Below are positions 39,756-53,100 of a stretch of 64,000 nt of DNA, one piece after another. The translations under genes and the position numbers were made by a program. The notes below the pieces were generated by a model. The model was not told the origin of the DNA and did not search any database. It saw nothing but the letters and a program-made list of their open reading frames with translations. How positions within the stretch are numbered: the first letter of the stretch is position 1; the number at the start of each line of letters is the position of its first letter. Origin of the DNA: Eledone cirrhosa (Eukaryota); assembly GCA_964016885.1 (NCBI GenBank), contig OZ024757.1, positions 124,001 to 188,000 on the forward strand. Reading direction: 5' to 3'.

Positions 39756-40020
39756 GATAAAAAGGCAAATAATTATGTCTTCTAATTAATCTCTCAAGGA
39801 AATGGAGAAATTATTTAAATATAAAGATCTAGAGGTAGAAATAATTCAAATGTGGATGGTGAAAACAGAAACAATACCTGTAATAATAGTTGCTCTGGGA
39901 ATAAAAACAAAACAGAAAGACACATAACAGAAACCTCACAACTTACACACACACATATATATATATACAACAGAAAGTAACACTACTAGGTACTACACAT
40001 ATATTACATAGAGTACCCCA
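39756..40020 (+). mobile_element. Dong/R4-like RLE fragment, unit-2 copy
   Basis: Paralogous to 17738..18030, with a small deletion. Confidence 0.7.
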
Positions 40021-40666
40021 GGACTTACATATATATGATCATGTCCACAAGACATGTATCAGACGGTGTTTCAGCTAACTCTATTAGAACCCTATTATGT
40101 ACAGCCACCAACAAATGTCCCCTCACCATCAAAGCAGCTCCCTGATATACAATCCCTACTTGGCTGGCTAATCCTGACAGTCATAATTGTTTCTACTTTT
40201 GGCACAAGGCCAGCAATTATCACAGTGTATTACTGGTACTTTAGTCAATGAAACGAAACCCACGTTTAAATAAGTTTCAACCATAAGTAGATGAAGAATT
40301 AATTTGAAAGAGATTTAGACTAAAACGACGATAACTTTAATTTACGTCAAACAGCGAGGTACAGTTAAATATAAAATATATTTTATAATATAAGGTAGTA
40401 AATAACATAATAAATAGACGGAGGTAATTGAAATAATAAAGACAGTCATGATAACAATATATTTTATATTACATGTTACAGTGGAATCTGTCTATTGAAA
40501 AATAACCCATTTCAGTTTGGAAGTATTTTTCTCTATATATAAAATGACGAGGTTGAAATATCTTCTCCCAATGTTGTTATATAATTACTGTATCGTTGAA
40601 AGGTTCACATAATTCTATTTTTTACATACATTAATATAGACTTCAAATGAATCTTTGTCAACTTAC

Positions 40667-40707
40667 CTCCTTCATATATAATCAATGTGTTATGTTGTTA
40701 GATTTTA
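40667..40707 (-). other. Putative 41-nt non-coding 5' exon of ZNF gene 2
   Basis: Same splice signals as 18981..19021. Upstream donor at 41181/41180; TATCGATA at 41282..41289. Confidence 0.45.
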
Positions 40708-42336
40708 CTAAACAACAAAAGAAATAATCTCTTTGTTGTTAAATTAGAAATTTCAAAGATGTTATCAGCTTTATTTCAGGACATCAACGTTGGTTTAACT
40801 TCTTCATATTTAGTCAAGAATTGATATCTTGTCAGAATAAAGTAGTGAGGCCGACTTTATGTCTTTAGCCAGAGATTTGATAGGAAATATGTATATATTA
40901 GGTTGATATGTGGTTTAAATATATATATTGTCTACAAATGACTGATATCAGATATTCTGGTGAAATAGTCGTTTTTCTACTACAGATTATAATGGAACTC
41001 TTAGTAGACACAATTGTAAAGTAAGAATAGATATGACAGTATAAGACTGATGTCAGGGAAAGAAAATTATGTGTGTGTATATATATACTTAATTGTTACA
41101 CAAGATATAATTAGACTAATTAAAGTTGTAATGAAGACAGCAGGTACGCGGTGTCGTTGACAATGTTTCAACTTTCTTACCGGTGTCGTACGTTAAAAGT
41201 CCCTGATATAATTTAATTCATTCAATCACATTTCCAATCGTATCTAATTGATGGTAAATCGAAAAGTATCACTCAGTTAAATATCGATAAGGAAACATCT
41301 ACGTAGTATCCCACACTGCTAGAAATAGCAGCTAAATTATCTTTTACAGCTTTGTTTTTTGTTTAGACTCTCTTAATTTTGGTTATACAATCAACAACAG
41401 TAAGTCTTTTGTTCAGACTTCGGAATAAGGTCGTAGACCGTCAGGACATGCACGTGTGTGTTAATATATATATATATATATAAATACATGTTGAGAAACA
41501 TGCGTTAGGGGTTAGATCGAAAGGTGATGTGTTGTGTCCTTTAGCAAGACACTTTATTGCCAAGCTGTATCGGTCAAAGGGGGTCTTTGATATATATATA
41601 AAATAGAGGTGTGACACACGAGTTGTGATATATTAGTAAAAAGGAAAAGAAAATGCTGACAAATTTTTCCCAGTGAAAAATAGTTTAATTCGGAATAAGT
41701 ATTAATTAGTATTTAGTTTTAAGTTTTTACCGGTTGCGCATTTCTTATGATTTTCAAAAATAATTTTGAGATAGAGTGGTCATGATTTTTGCTCTGATCT
41801 GATCAGTTTTGGAAATTCTTCCTGTTTTATGTGAAAAAAAGTGGCTTGGCAGGCATTAAAATTTGGTTGGTTGTTGAATGTCACGTAAATAAGCACTATA
41901 AAATTCGCGCCAATTCGTGTGGCAAAACATTATTGATTGGTCGGTAGAAGTCAAGTGAATGTTTAAATTGATTTTAGCGCAAGCTGGTTTCGCGTTAAAT
42001 GTAGGTTTGTCGAAGAGTGATCTTTTCCGCTTGATTGAGTTGCAGTCATGTTGAGAGGTCAACAGTTCAGGTGTCTATTAAGACAAATATATATGTGTGT
42101 GTGTGTAGCACTAAAGAACATCAATAACATCAATAATAAAAGAGGTGAAATGATGTATAGTATTGTCATAACAACAAGGCGTCTGTGTGAGTCCAGATTG
42201 TATGTACTGCAAGGGGAATCGATGAGGCCCTGCCGTATGGGATACTTGTGTACAAATATGTATGCACCCATCAATGTTCAATACATGTGTGTGTATGCGT
42301 ATGTGTGCGTGTCAGCACGTGTGTATCTATAAACAT

Positions 42337-42974
42337 TGTAGCGGTTGTCTCCCTTGTTTTGGTTGGGATCTGGACGGGAGGTGGAGCCCTTTCTGCGACT
42401 TCCGGTCAGAGCCCTATAAAACTGGCGGCTTTGAGCTTCCTTGCTCTCTTTGCCTTTTCGGCACCAGGTCAAGAGTCTTCTCATTTGGCTCTGCCATTAA
42501 TTTGGCCAACAGGCGCCTGGCTAAGGCCAGGCGCCCTCTGCCAGCCGCGTTTGCCTGGCAATCAAAACGGTAACTGCTAACTTTGTTTCATTCTAACATC
42601 TATCTTTGACATGTCAAGTATTCTATCTACCGTTAATTAAATATTATATACACAAACATTGTCTCGTTTTGTTACATTCATGCAACCAGTAATCCCGCTA
42701 TATTGGTAACCCTGACGTGATACGAACACGCAGCCGTTCATCGCTATAAGTGGTCACCCCCCAAAAAAAAAGAAAAAAATAGCACATCTGGTTTTGTGAG
42801 TAACATTACGAATACACAGCAAATTTAGCGACAAACTATGAAAATACTCAAGGACACGCACACACGCACATGTGGAATTCGCACAGACATACTTTTTCTC
42901 TCACGCATCAATTAACTGTCGCATTTCACCAATATATATATGTTTCTCGTTTCTTACAACGAACACTTACAAAA

Positions 42975-43019
<45 letters not shown>

Positions 43020-43701
43020 GATATATATATATATATGTTTCTCGTTTCTTACAACGAACTCTTTCAAAACACAAAAAAAAAAAAAAAAAAAAAAGTTCTA
43101 GTTTTTTGTTTTTTTTCCAAAGTTCACACCTATAATTATGCTGATGGAAGCCTTTCTTTTTCATCATGGTCACTTTCAAAATTGCACTATCATTTTATCG
43201 CGCGTTAGAAATATTTTTTTTCAACCTTGTATTGGCACGTGTAGGCAGCATAAATTCTCGATTCACTGAGATGTCTCTTACTCACAGACAGCCGCACGCC
43301 AGAGATAGCATTTCTCCCCCAAGGATTCTTCAGCCTTAAGCTACATTCTTCTCTTTGCCGGTTTATAAGTTTGCAATGTAAATTTACCGTTGATAACCGC
43401 GCATTTAGTAGGAATGCTTATTTCTCTGGTCGCTGGCCTCTGGACCCTTCCAGATCAACGCATTCTCAACATCGACCATCAACTTCGGCTGCTATTTCTA
43501 GCACTTTGCGCAACTCATTTTTTCTGAAAAATTTTTTGTCTACTGTGAGTTGAAACACCGAATACGCTCACTCAGCGAGACAACAGCAGCAGCAACAGCA
43601 ATACAGCAGCAACTTCAATACAGCAGCAACAGCAATACAGCAATACAGCAGCAGCAACAGCAACTACAGCAGCAACAACAGCAACAGCAATACAGCAGCA
43701 G

Positions 43702-43733
<32 letters not shown>

Positions 43734-44431
43734 ACCAAAGCCAGAGAATTTATTTTTGCAGCACTCTTCCTGTGAGAAAATCCATTCGGAGGTTGGAAAT
43801 TCACGATATACCACAGAACAGAGACCACCTGCATTCATTCTCTGGAACACACTTTCTTTCCTGCGGTCATGTGATTGCACACCAGTGAACTATATTTTGT
43901 ACATTTGAACTTTGAGCCCTTCCCTTACTTTACTACCTTGATATCTAGCATTGATTTTTCCAAACATTCTTTTGTCGTAATTTTCATGCCTGTTACAACA
44001 TTCTCGCCAACTTGCTACATATTTTCATTTCGATTTTTATACACTAAAATTCTGGCGGGAGGTTATGTAGCGGTTGTCTCCCTTGTTTTGGTTGGGATCT
44101 GGACGGGAGGTGGAGCCCTTTCTGCGACTTCCGGTCAGAGCCCTATAAAACTGGCGGCTTTGAGCTTCCTTGCTCTCTTTGCCTTTTCGGCACCAGGTCA
44201 AGAGTCTTCTCATTTGGCTCTGCCATTAATTTGGCCAACAGGCGCCTGGCTAAGGCCAGGCGCCCTCTGCCAGCCGCGTTTGCCTGGCAATCAAAACGGT
44301 AACTGCTAACTTTGTTTCATTCTAACATCTATCTTTGACATGTCAAGTATTCTATCTACCGTTAATTAAATATTATATACACAAACATTGTCTCGTTTTG
44401 TTACATTCATGCAACCAGTAATCCCGCTATA
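42337..44431 (+). mobile_element. Non-autonomous LTR retroelement with 366-bp LTRs (42337..42702 and 44066..44431), tRNA-Trp PBS and ~1.36 kb non-coding interior
   Basis: LTRs look identical by eye. Termini TGTAGCGG...CCGCTATA; TATAAAA and ATTAAA inside the LTR; PBS TGGTAACCCTGACGTGAT at 42704; purine-rich GGCGGGAGG before the 3' LTR. Absent from unit 1. Confidence 0.9.
43580..43737. repeat. (CAG/CAA)n imperfect trinucleotide tract inside the LTR element
   Basis: Seen directly. Confidence 0.9.
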
Positions 44432-44726
44432 TTGTATGCACCCATCAATGTTCAATACATGTGTGTGTATGCGTATGTGTGCGTGTCAGCACGTGTGTAT
44501 CTATAAACATCAAAAGGTATGCGAATTTGTGTATATTTGTGTTGCACCATAGAACGTGTGTTTACGTATGTCATTGTGTTTATATGTGGATAGAAATGTA
44601 TGTAGGATGTATGCTGATGTAGGTATGTATGTCAACGTGTGTATGTTGTGGGTTCGTCTTAGGAAGAAGTGTTTAGACGGGGTCCGTATTTGTTAATAAA
44701 GTGAGATTCTTTATATATATATATAT

Positions 44727-45076
44727 ATATCAACGATATTAATAAATGGAAAATATATTTATAAAACCATATTTATTCTATTATATATATTTCAAGAATC
44801 AGACCTTAACGGTTCAAGTTCCAGACGGATCTTGAACCGCTGAAGTCTCATTCCTGGATATGTCACTATTTATAAAACAAAATTTGTATTTTATCTGATG
44901 AGAGCGTACCAAAGTTTTGGTACGCTTGAAATATTTATAATAGAATAAATATGGTTTTATAAATAGTTTCCATTTATTAATATCATTGATATTATACTCG
45001 AGAAAACCAGTCGAGTGCTCTGAATCTGTTATAAATGTACCTGTTGAATTACCAACAAATTAAATATCACTTTGCT
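44727..45076 (+). mobile_element. Penelope-like inverted-repeat element, unit-2 copy
   Basis: Paralogous to 20855..21204. Confidence 0.65.
44887..44947 (+). ncRNA. Type I hammerhead ribozyme motif with intact stem II
   Basis: TATTTTAT CTGATGA GAGCGTACCAA-AGTT-TTGGTACGCTT GAAA TATTTA TA|ATAGAATA. Stem II has 11 pairs; predicted cleavage after A44939. Confidence 0.72.
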
Positions 45077-46186
45077 TATATATATATGTATATATAAACA
45101 TGCATATATATATATGTATATATAAATATATATGTATATATAAACATACATATATATATACATACATACATATATATATACATACATTGAAGACCTCACT
45201 CTGTCATGAATGACCAAGAAAGTTTATATACATATATTTAGATATGAATGTATGAATATGTATATATAAATATATATACATATATATACGATTGCATGGG
45301 TCAGACTAGTCGTCCTGTTGTGAAACAAGTCAGATCAGACGACCATTTCTTGCTCACAAACCATTTCTGCCTTGGTTTCTATTGCTGGATGGTCTTCCTA
45401 ACACCAACCACATTTACAAGGTGGACTGTGCAGTTATTGTTGTCTCATGTCACTAACATGACCACTCTACAGGGTGGACTGGCTACTTCGAGCTAGCGTG
45501 ATTGCATGTATCAACACGATGATACAATATAACAAGAAGACGGAAGAAGAGGTGAAGCATAGAAATAAATAATATGACTTACTGTGTGTGTGTGTGTGTG
45601 TGTGTCTATTCTTAGTATACGTTATTCGTCTCAAGGACTGCTGGTTCGATCTGGCTGTTTGGCTGTAGTCGATGTAAGATGTCAACAGTGCCACCACCAC
45701 CAGCAACTACAAACATGACTTAGAGTTACCTACCTTAGAGTGTATACAAACACAATACCCTCAAACTGTATGGAGGTGTTTTTGTTCAAGGGCTAAATAT
45801 TAAGTAGATATGACATACACACAGAAGAGATATAAAGTATGTATGACAAAATGTGCTGCAGCCAATAGAGGAGAGAGCAGATGTTGATATTAAAGCAGGT
45901 GTGTGTTGTTGGTTAATGTTGATTGAACAGGTGTTGTCTACTGGTTTTAGTAGTACCACTTGTCATATAGGAGAGAGACGTTCAATACTGAAGCTTGTGT
46001 TTGTTGCTTTAGTGTCAGCTACTCTGTTGATTGTAAATGAGGCTAATTAGTCATTTACACAGGTGAAAAAACTATATATTTTCACCTGTCTCAAAGTCCA
46101 GCTGTAGGCAGAGGTAAGCACTGTGATGATGAGAACCATTTTAGTTTGAAATGCAGAGACAAATATACTCCTTGCCTTTGCTGAAT

Positions 46187-46202
46187 TCACTAGATGGCGC
46201 TG
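46187..46202 (+). promoter_or_regulatory. CTCF-like core motif TCACTAGATGGCGCTG
   Basis: Paralogue of 23025..23040, still largely motif-compatible. Confidence 0.5.
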
Positions 46203-46306
46203 GCTGTCAGTCTTCTATTTATAACTGAGGCTTTCAAAATGTTTATTTATAAAACGCTGTATATCTTAGATGTAGTAAATTCACACACAAATATTATATA
46301 TATATG

Positions 46307-46415
46307 GGAAAAGAGTCAGGACCCCGACGGCTGAGTTCTGGCCGTTTTGACAGCTAGTTCAGATCCAGCTGTCAAAACGGCCAGAACTCAGCCGTCGGGG
46401 TCCTGACTCTTTTCC
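46307..46415. repeat. Perfect 49-bp-arm palindrome, unit-2 copy
   Basis: Identical to 23157..23265 by eye. Confidence 0.95.
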
Positions 46416-46689
46416 TATTACCCACTCTACTACCCTAAGTATCGAGTACTCTGGTGTGTTATGGTCCACCTGGTTCCTTACCACACTTCCTTCATTATAT
46501 ATATATATATATAAAGATATGTACGGATAAAATTTGATGTGTGGATCAGTGTACAAACAAAAATAAGTAAGATTGCTTACCAAAGTATTTTTCTTGACAT
46601 GGTCTTTGTATATTATAAGATGCAGCGACCTCACCTCGAACTTTGAAATCTTTCTGATGAAATGTAGTATTTTATGTATTGTTAGTGAA

Positions 46690-47092
46690 TGTGCATAATA
46701 ATTGTTTCTACTTTTGGCACAAGGCCAGCAATTAACAAGTACATTACTGGTACTTTATTTTATCGACCCCATAAGGATGAAAGGCTAAGTTAACCTTCGC
46801 GGGATTTGAACTCGGACCATAAAGGGCCGTAACTCTTTGCTGCAAAGCATGGTGCCTGACTCTACTGATACTGCCAATCCACCACTGAATGTGCATAATA
46901 ATTGTTTCTACTTTTGGCACAAGGCCAGCAATTAACCAGTACATTACTGGTACTTTATTTTATCGACCCCGTAAGGATGAAAGACAAATTTAACCTTGGC
47001 AGGATTTGAACTCAGACCGTAAAGGGATGTAACTATGCTAGAAAGCATGGCTTCCAACCCTCTACCGATACTGTCAATTGTGCATAATAATA
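46690..47092 (-). mobile_element. SINE dimer, unit-2 copy
   Basis: Paralogous to 23541..23942. Confidence 0.82.
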
Positions 47093-47189
47093 ATATGTAA
47101 CCAGCAGTTGTAGACTGATATTGTATTGAAACATGGGTTAAAGAATGGACTTTGATTAAATTCTTCTCTTCTAACCTATACTTCATGCC

Positions 47190-50100
47190 TAGTGACATTG
47201 GGGTGAAGACAATAGCTACTAGGGTGAGATAGTGACATTGGAGTGGAGACAGAAGCTACTAAGGTGAGATAGTGACATTGGGGTGAAGACAATAGCTACT
47301 AAGGTGAGATGGTGACATTGGAGTGGAGACAGAAGCTACTAAGGTGAGATAGTGACATTGGGGTGAAGACAATAGCTACTAAGGTGAGATGGTGACATTG
47401 GGGTGAAGACAATAGCTACTAGGGTGAGATAGTGATATCGGGGTGAATACAATAGCTACAAGGGTGAGATAGTGACATTGGAGTGGAGACAGAAGCTACT
47501 AAGGTGAGATAGTGACATTGGGGTGAAGACAATAGCTACTAGGGTGAGATGGTGACATTGGGGTGAAGACAATAGCTACTAGGGTGAGATGGTGACATTG
47601 GGGTGAAAACAATAGCTACTAGGGTGCGATAGTGACATTGGGGTGAAGACAATAGCTACTAGGGTGAGATAGGGACAGTAGCTACTAGGGTGAGATAGTG
47701 ACATTGTAGTGGAGACAGAAGCTACTAAGGTGAGATAGTGATATTGGGGTGAAGACAATAGCTACTAGGGTGAGATAGTGACATTGGGTTGACAACAATA
47801 GCTACTAGGGTGAGATAGTGACATTGGGGTGAAGACAAATGCTACAATGGTGCGATAGGGACATTGGGGTGAAAACAATAGCTACTAGGGTGAGATAGTG
47901 ACATTGGGATGAAGACAGTAGCTACTAGGGTGAGATAGTGACATTGGAGTGGAGACAGAAGCTACTAAGGTGAGATAGTGATATTGGGGTGAAGACAATA
48001 GCTACTAGGGTGAGATAGTGACATTGGGGTGAAGACAGAAGCTACTAAGGTGAGATAGTGACATTGGGGTGAAGACAATAGCTACTAGGGTGAGATAGTG
48101 ACATTGGGGTGAAGACAGTAGCTACTAGGCTGAGATAGTGACATTGGGGTGAAGACAGTAGCTACTAGGGTAAGAGAGTTACATATGGGTGAAGACAGTA
48201 GCTACTTGGGTGAGATAGTGACATTGTGTGACAACAGTAGCTACTTGGGTGAGATAGTGACATTAGGGTCAATACAGTAGCTACTAGGGTGAGATAGTTA
48301 CATAAGGGTGAAGACAGTAGCTACTAGGGTGGGATAGTGACATTGGGGTGAAGACAATAGCTACTAGGGTGAGATAGTGAACTTAGGGTGAAGACAGTAG
48401 CTACTAGGGTGAGATAGTGACATTGGGGTGAAGACAGTAACTACTAGGGTGAGATAGTGACATTGGGGTGAAAACAATAGCTACTAGGGTGAAATAGTGA
48501 CATTGGGATGAAGACAGTAGCTACTAGGGTCAGATAGTGGCATTGGGGTGAAGACAATAGCTACTAGGGTGAGATGGTGACATTGGGGTGAAGACAATAG
48601 CTACTAGGGTGAGATAGTGATATTGGGGTGAAGACAATAGCTACAAGGGTGAGATAGTGACATTGGGGTGAAGTTAATAGCTACTAGGGTGAAATAGTGA
48701 CATTGTAGTGGAGACAGAAGTTACTAAGTTGAGATAGTGACATTGGGGTGAAGACAATAGCTACTAGGGTGAGCTAGTGACATTGGGGTGAAGACAGAAG
48801 CTACTAAGGTGAGATAGTGACATTGGGGTGAAAACAATAGCTACTAGGGTGAGATAGTGACATTGGGTTGACGACAATAGCTACTAGGGTGAGATAGTGA
48901 CATTGGGGTGAAGACAAATGCTACTAGGGTGAGATAGTGACATTGGGATGAAGACAGTAGCTACTAGGGTGAGATAGTGACATTGGAGTGGAGACAGAAG
49001 CTACTAAGGTGAGATAGTGATATTGGGGTGAAGACAATAGCTACTAGGGTGAGATAGTGACATTGGGGTGAAGACAGAAGCTACTAAGGTAAGATAGTGA
49101 TATTGGGGTGAAGACAATAGCTACTAGGGTGCGATAGTGACGTTGGGGTGAAGACAATAGCTACTAGGATGAGATAGTGACATTGGGGTGAAGACAGTAG
49201 CCACTAGGGTGAGATAGTGACATTGGGGTGAAGACAATAGCTACTAGGGTGAGGTAGTGACATTGGGGTGGAGACAATAGCTACTAGGGTGAGATAGTGA
49301 CATTGGGGTGAAGACAATAGCTACTAGGGTGAAATAGTGACATTGGGTTGAAGACAATAGCTACTAGGGTGAGATAGTGACATTGGGGTGAAGACAGTAG
49401 CTACTAGGCTGAGATAGTGACATTGGGGTGAAGACAGTAGCTACTAGGGTAAGATAGTTACATATGGATGAAGACAGTAGCTACTTGGGTGAGATAGGGA
49501 CATTGTGTGACAACAGTAGCTACTATGGTGCGATAGTGACATTAGGGTCAATACAGTAGCTACTAGGGTGAGATAGTTACATAAGGGTGAAGACAGTAGC
49601 TACTAGGGTGAGATAGTGACATTGGGGTGAAGACAGTAACTACTAGGGTGGGATAGTGACATTGGGGTGAAGACAATAGCTACTAGAGTGAGATAGTGAA
49701 CTTAGGGTGAAGACAGTAGCTACTAGGGTGAGATAGTGACATTGGGGTGAAGACAGTAACTACTAGGGTGAGATAGTGACATTGGGGTGAAAACAATAGC
49801 TACTAGGGTGAAATAGTGACATTGGGGTGAAGACAGTAGCTACTAAGGTGAGATAGTGACATTGGGGTGGAGACAATAGCTACTAGGGTGAGGTAGTGAC
49901 ATTGGGGTGGAGACAATAGCTACTAGGGTGAGATAGTGACATTGGGGTGAAAACAATAGCTACTAGGGTGAGATAGTGACATTGGGTTGAAGACAAATGC
50001 TACTATTGTGCGATAGTGACATTGGGTTGAAGACAATAGCTACTAGGGTGAGGTAGTGACATTGGGGTGGAGACAATAGCTACTAGGGTGAGATAGTGAC

Positions 50101-53100
50101 ATTGGGGTGAAGACAATAGCTACTAGGGTCAGATAGTGACATTGGGGTGAAGACAATAGCTACTAGATTGAGGTAGTGACATTGGGGTGGAGACAATAGC
50201 TACTAGGGTGAGATAGTGACATTGGTGTGAAGACAATAGCTACTAGGGTAAGATAGTTACATATGGGTGAAGACAGTAGCTACTAGGGTGAGATAGGGAC
50301 ATTGGGGTGGAGAGAGTAGCTACTAGGGTGAAATAGTGACATTGGGGTGAAGACAGTAGCTACTAGGGTGAGATAGGGACATTAGGGTGAAGACAGAAGC
50401 TACTAAGGTGAGATAGTGACATTGGGGTGAAGACAATAGCTACTAGGGTGAGATAGTGACATTGGGGTGAAGACAATAGCTACTAGGGTGAGATAGTGAC
50501 ATTGGGGTGAAGACAATAGCTACAAGGGTGAGATAGTGACATTGGGGTGAAGTTAATAGCTACTAGGGTGAGATAGAGACATTGGGGTGAAGACAATAGC
50601 TACTAGGGTGAGATAGTGACATTGGGGTGAAAACAATAGCTACGAGGGTGCGATAGTGACATTGGGGTGAAGACAGTAGCTACTAGGGTGAGATAGTGAC
50701 ATTGTAGTGGAGACAGAAGCTACTAAGGTGAGATAGTGACATTGGGGTGAAGACAATAGCTACTAGGGTGAGCTAGTGACATTGGGGTGAAGACAGAAGC
50801 TACTAAGGTGAGATAGTGACATTGGGGTGAAAACAATAGCTACTAGGGTGAGATAGTGACATTGGGTTGACGACAATAGCTACTAGGGTGAGATAGTGAC
50901 ATTGGGGTGAAGACAAATGCTACTAGGGTGAGATAGTGACATTGGGGTGAAGACAATAGCTACTAGGGTGAGATAGTGACATTGGGGTGAAGACAGTAGC
51001 TACTAGGTTGAGATAGTGACATTGGAGTGGAGACAGAAGCTACTAAGGTGAGATAGTGATATTGGGGTGAAGACAATAGCTACTAGGGTGAGATAGTGAC
51101 ATTGGGGTGAAGACAGAAGCAACTAAGGTGAGATAGTGATATTGGGGTGAAGACAATAGCTACTAGGGTGCGATAGTGACGTTGGGGTGAAGACAATAGC
51201 TACTAGGGTGAGATAGTGACATTGGGGTGAAGACAGTAGCTACTAGGGTGAGATAGTGACATTGGGTTGAAGACAATAGCTACTAGGGTGAGGTAGTGAC
51301 ATTGGGGTGGAGACAATAGCTACTAGGGTGAGATAGTGACATTGGGGTGAAGACAATAGCTACTAGGGTGAGATAGTGACATTGGGGTGAAGACAATAGC
51401 TACTAGATTGAGGTAGTGACATTGGGGTGGAGACAATAGCTACTAGGGTGAGATAGTGACATTGGGGTGAAGACAATAGCTACTAGGGTAAGATAGTTAC
51501 ATATGGGTGAAGACAGTAGCTACTAGGGTGAGATAGGGACATTGGGGTGAAGACAGTAGCTACTAGGGTGAGATAGGGACATTAGGGTGAAGACAGAAGC
51601 TACTAAGGTGAGATAGTGACATTGGGGTGAAGACAATAGCTACTAGGGTGAGATAGTGACATTGGGGTGAAGACAATAGCTACTAGGGTGAGATAGTGAC
51701 ATTGGGGTGAAGACAGTAGCTACTAGGTTGAGATAGTGACATTGGGGTGAAGACAATAGCTACTAGGGTGAGGTAGTGACATTGGGGTGGAGACAATAGC
51801 TACTAGGGTGAGATAGTGACATTGGGGTGAAGACAATAGCTACTAGGGTGAGATAGTGACATTGGAGTGGAGACAGAAGCTACTAAGGTGAGATAGTGAC
51901 ATTGGGGTGAAGACAATAGCTACTAGGGTGGGATGGTGACATTGGGTTGAAGACAATAGCTACTAGGGTGAGATAGTAATATTGGGGTGAATACAATAGC
52001 TACAAGGGTGAGATAGTGACATTGGGGTGAAGTCAATAGCTACTAGGGTGAGATAGAGACATTGGGGTGAAGACAATAACTACTAGGGTGAGATAGTGAG
52101 ATTGGAGTGGAGACAGAAGCTACTAAGGTGAGATAGTGACATTGGGCTGAAGACAATAGCTACTAGGGTGAGATGGTGACATTGGGGTGAAGACAATAGC
52201 TACTAGGGTGAGATGGTGACATTGGGGTGAAGACAATAGCTACTAGGGTGAGATGGTGACATTGGGGTGAAGACAATAGCTACTAGGGTGAGATAGTGAT
52301 ATTGGGGTGAAGACAATAGCTACAAGGGTGAGATAGTGACATTGGGGTGAAGACAATAGCTACTAGGGTGAGATAGTGACATTGGGGTGAAAACAATAGC
52401 TACTAGGTTGAGGTAGTGACATTGGGGTGGAGACAATAGCTACTAGGGTGAGATAGTGACATTGGGGTGAAGACAATAGCTACTAGGGTAAGATAGTTAC
52501 ATATGGGTGAAGACAGTAGCTACTAGGGTGAGATAAGGACATTGGGGTGGAGAGAGTAGCTACTAGGGTGAGATAGTGACATTGGGGTGAAGACAGTAGC
52601 TACTAGGGTGAGATAGGGACATTAGGGTGAAGACAGAAGCTACTAAGGTGAGATAGTGACATTAGGGTGAAGACAATAGGTACTAGGGTGAGATAGTGAC
52701 ATTGGGGTGAAGCCAATAGCTACTAGGGTGAGATAGTGACATTGGGGTGAAGACAGTAGCTACTAGGTTGAGATAGTGACATTGGGGTGAAGACAATAGC
52801 TACTAGGGTGAGGTAGTGACATTGGGGTGGAGACAATAGCTACTAGGGTGAGGTAGTGACATTGGGGTGGAGACAATAGCTACTAGGGTGAGATAGTGAC
52901 ATTGGAGTGGAGACAGAAGCTACTAAGGTGAGATAGTGACATTGGGGTGAAGACAATAGCTACTAGGGTGAGATGGTGACATTGGGGTGAAGACAATAGC
53001 TACTAGGGTGAGATGGTGACATTGGGGTGAAGACAATAGCTACTAGGGTGAGATGGTGACATTGGAGTGGAAACAGAAGCTACTAAGGTGAGATAGTGAC

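Noticed and set aside
43550-43888. Poly-Q or poly-C protein ORFs
   Set aside because: Products of the CAG/CAA tract on both strands, with non-ATG starts and no domain similarity that I can see.
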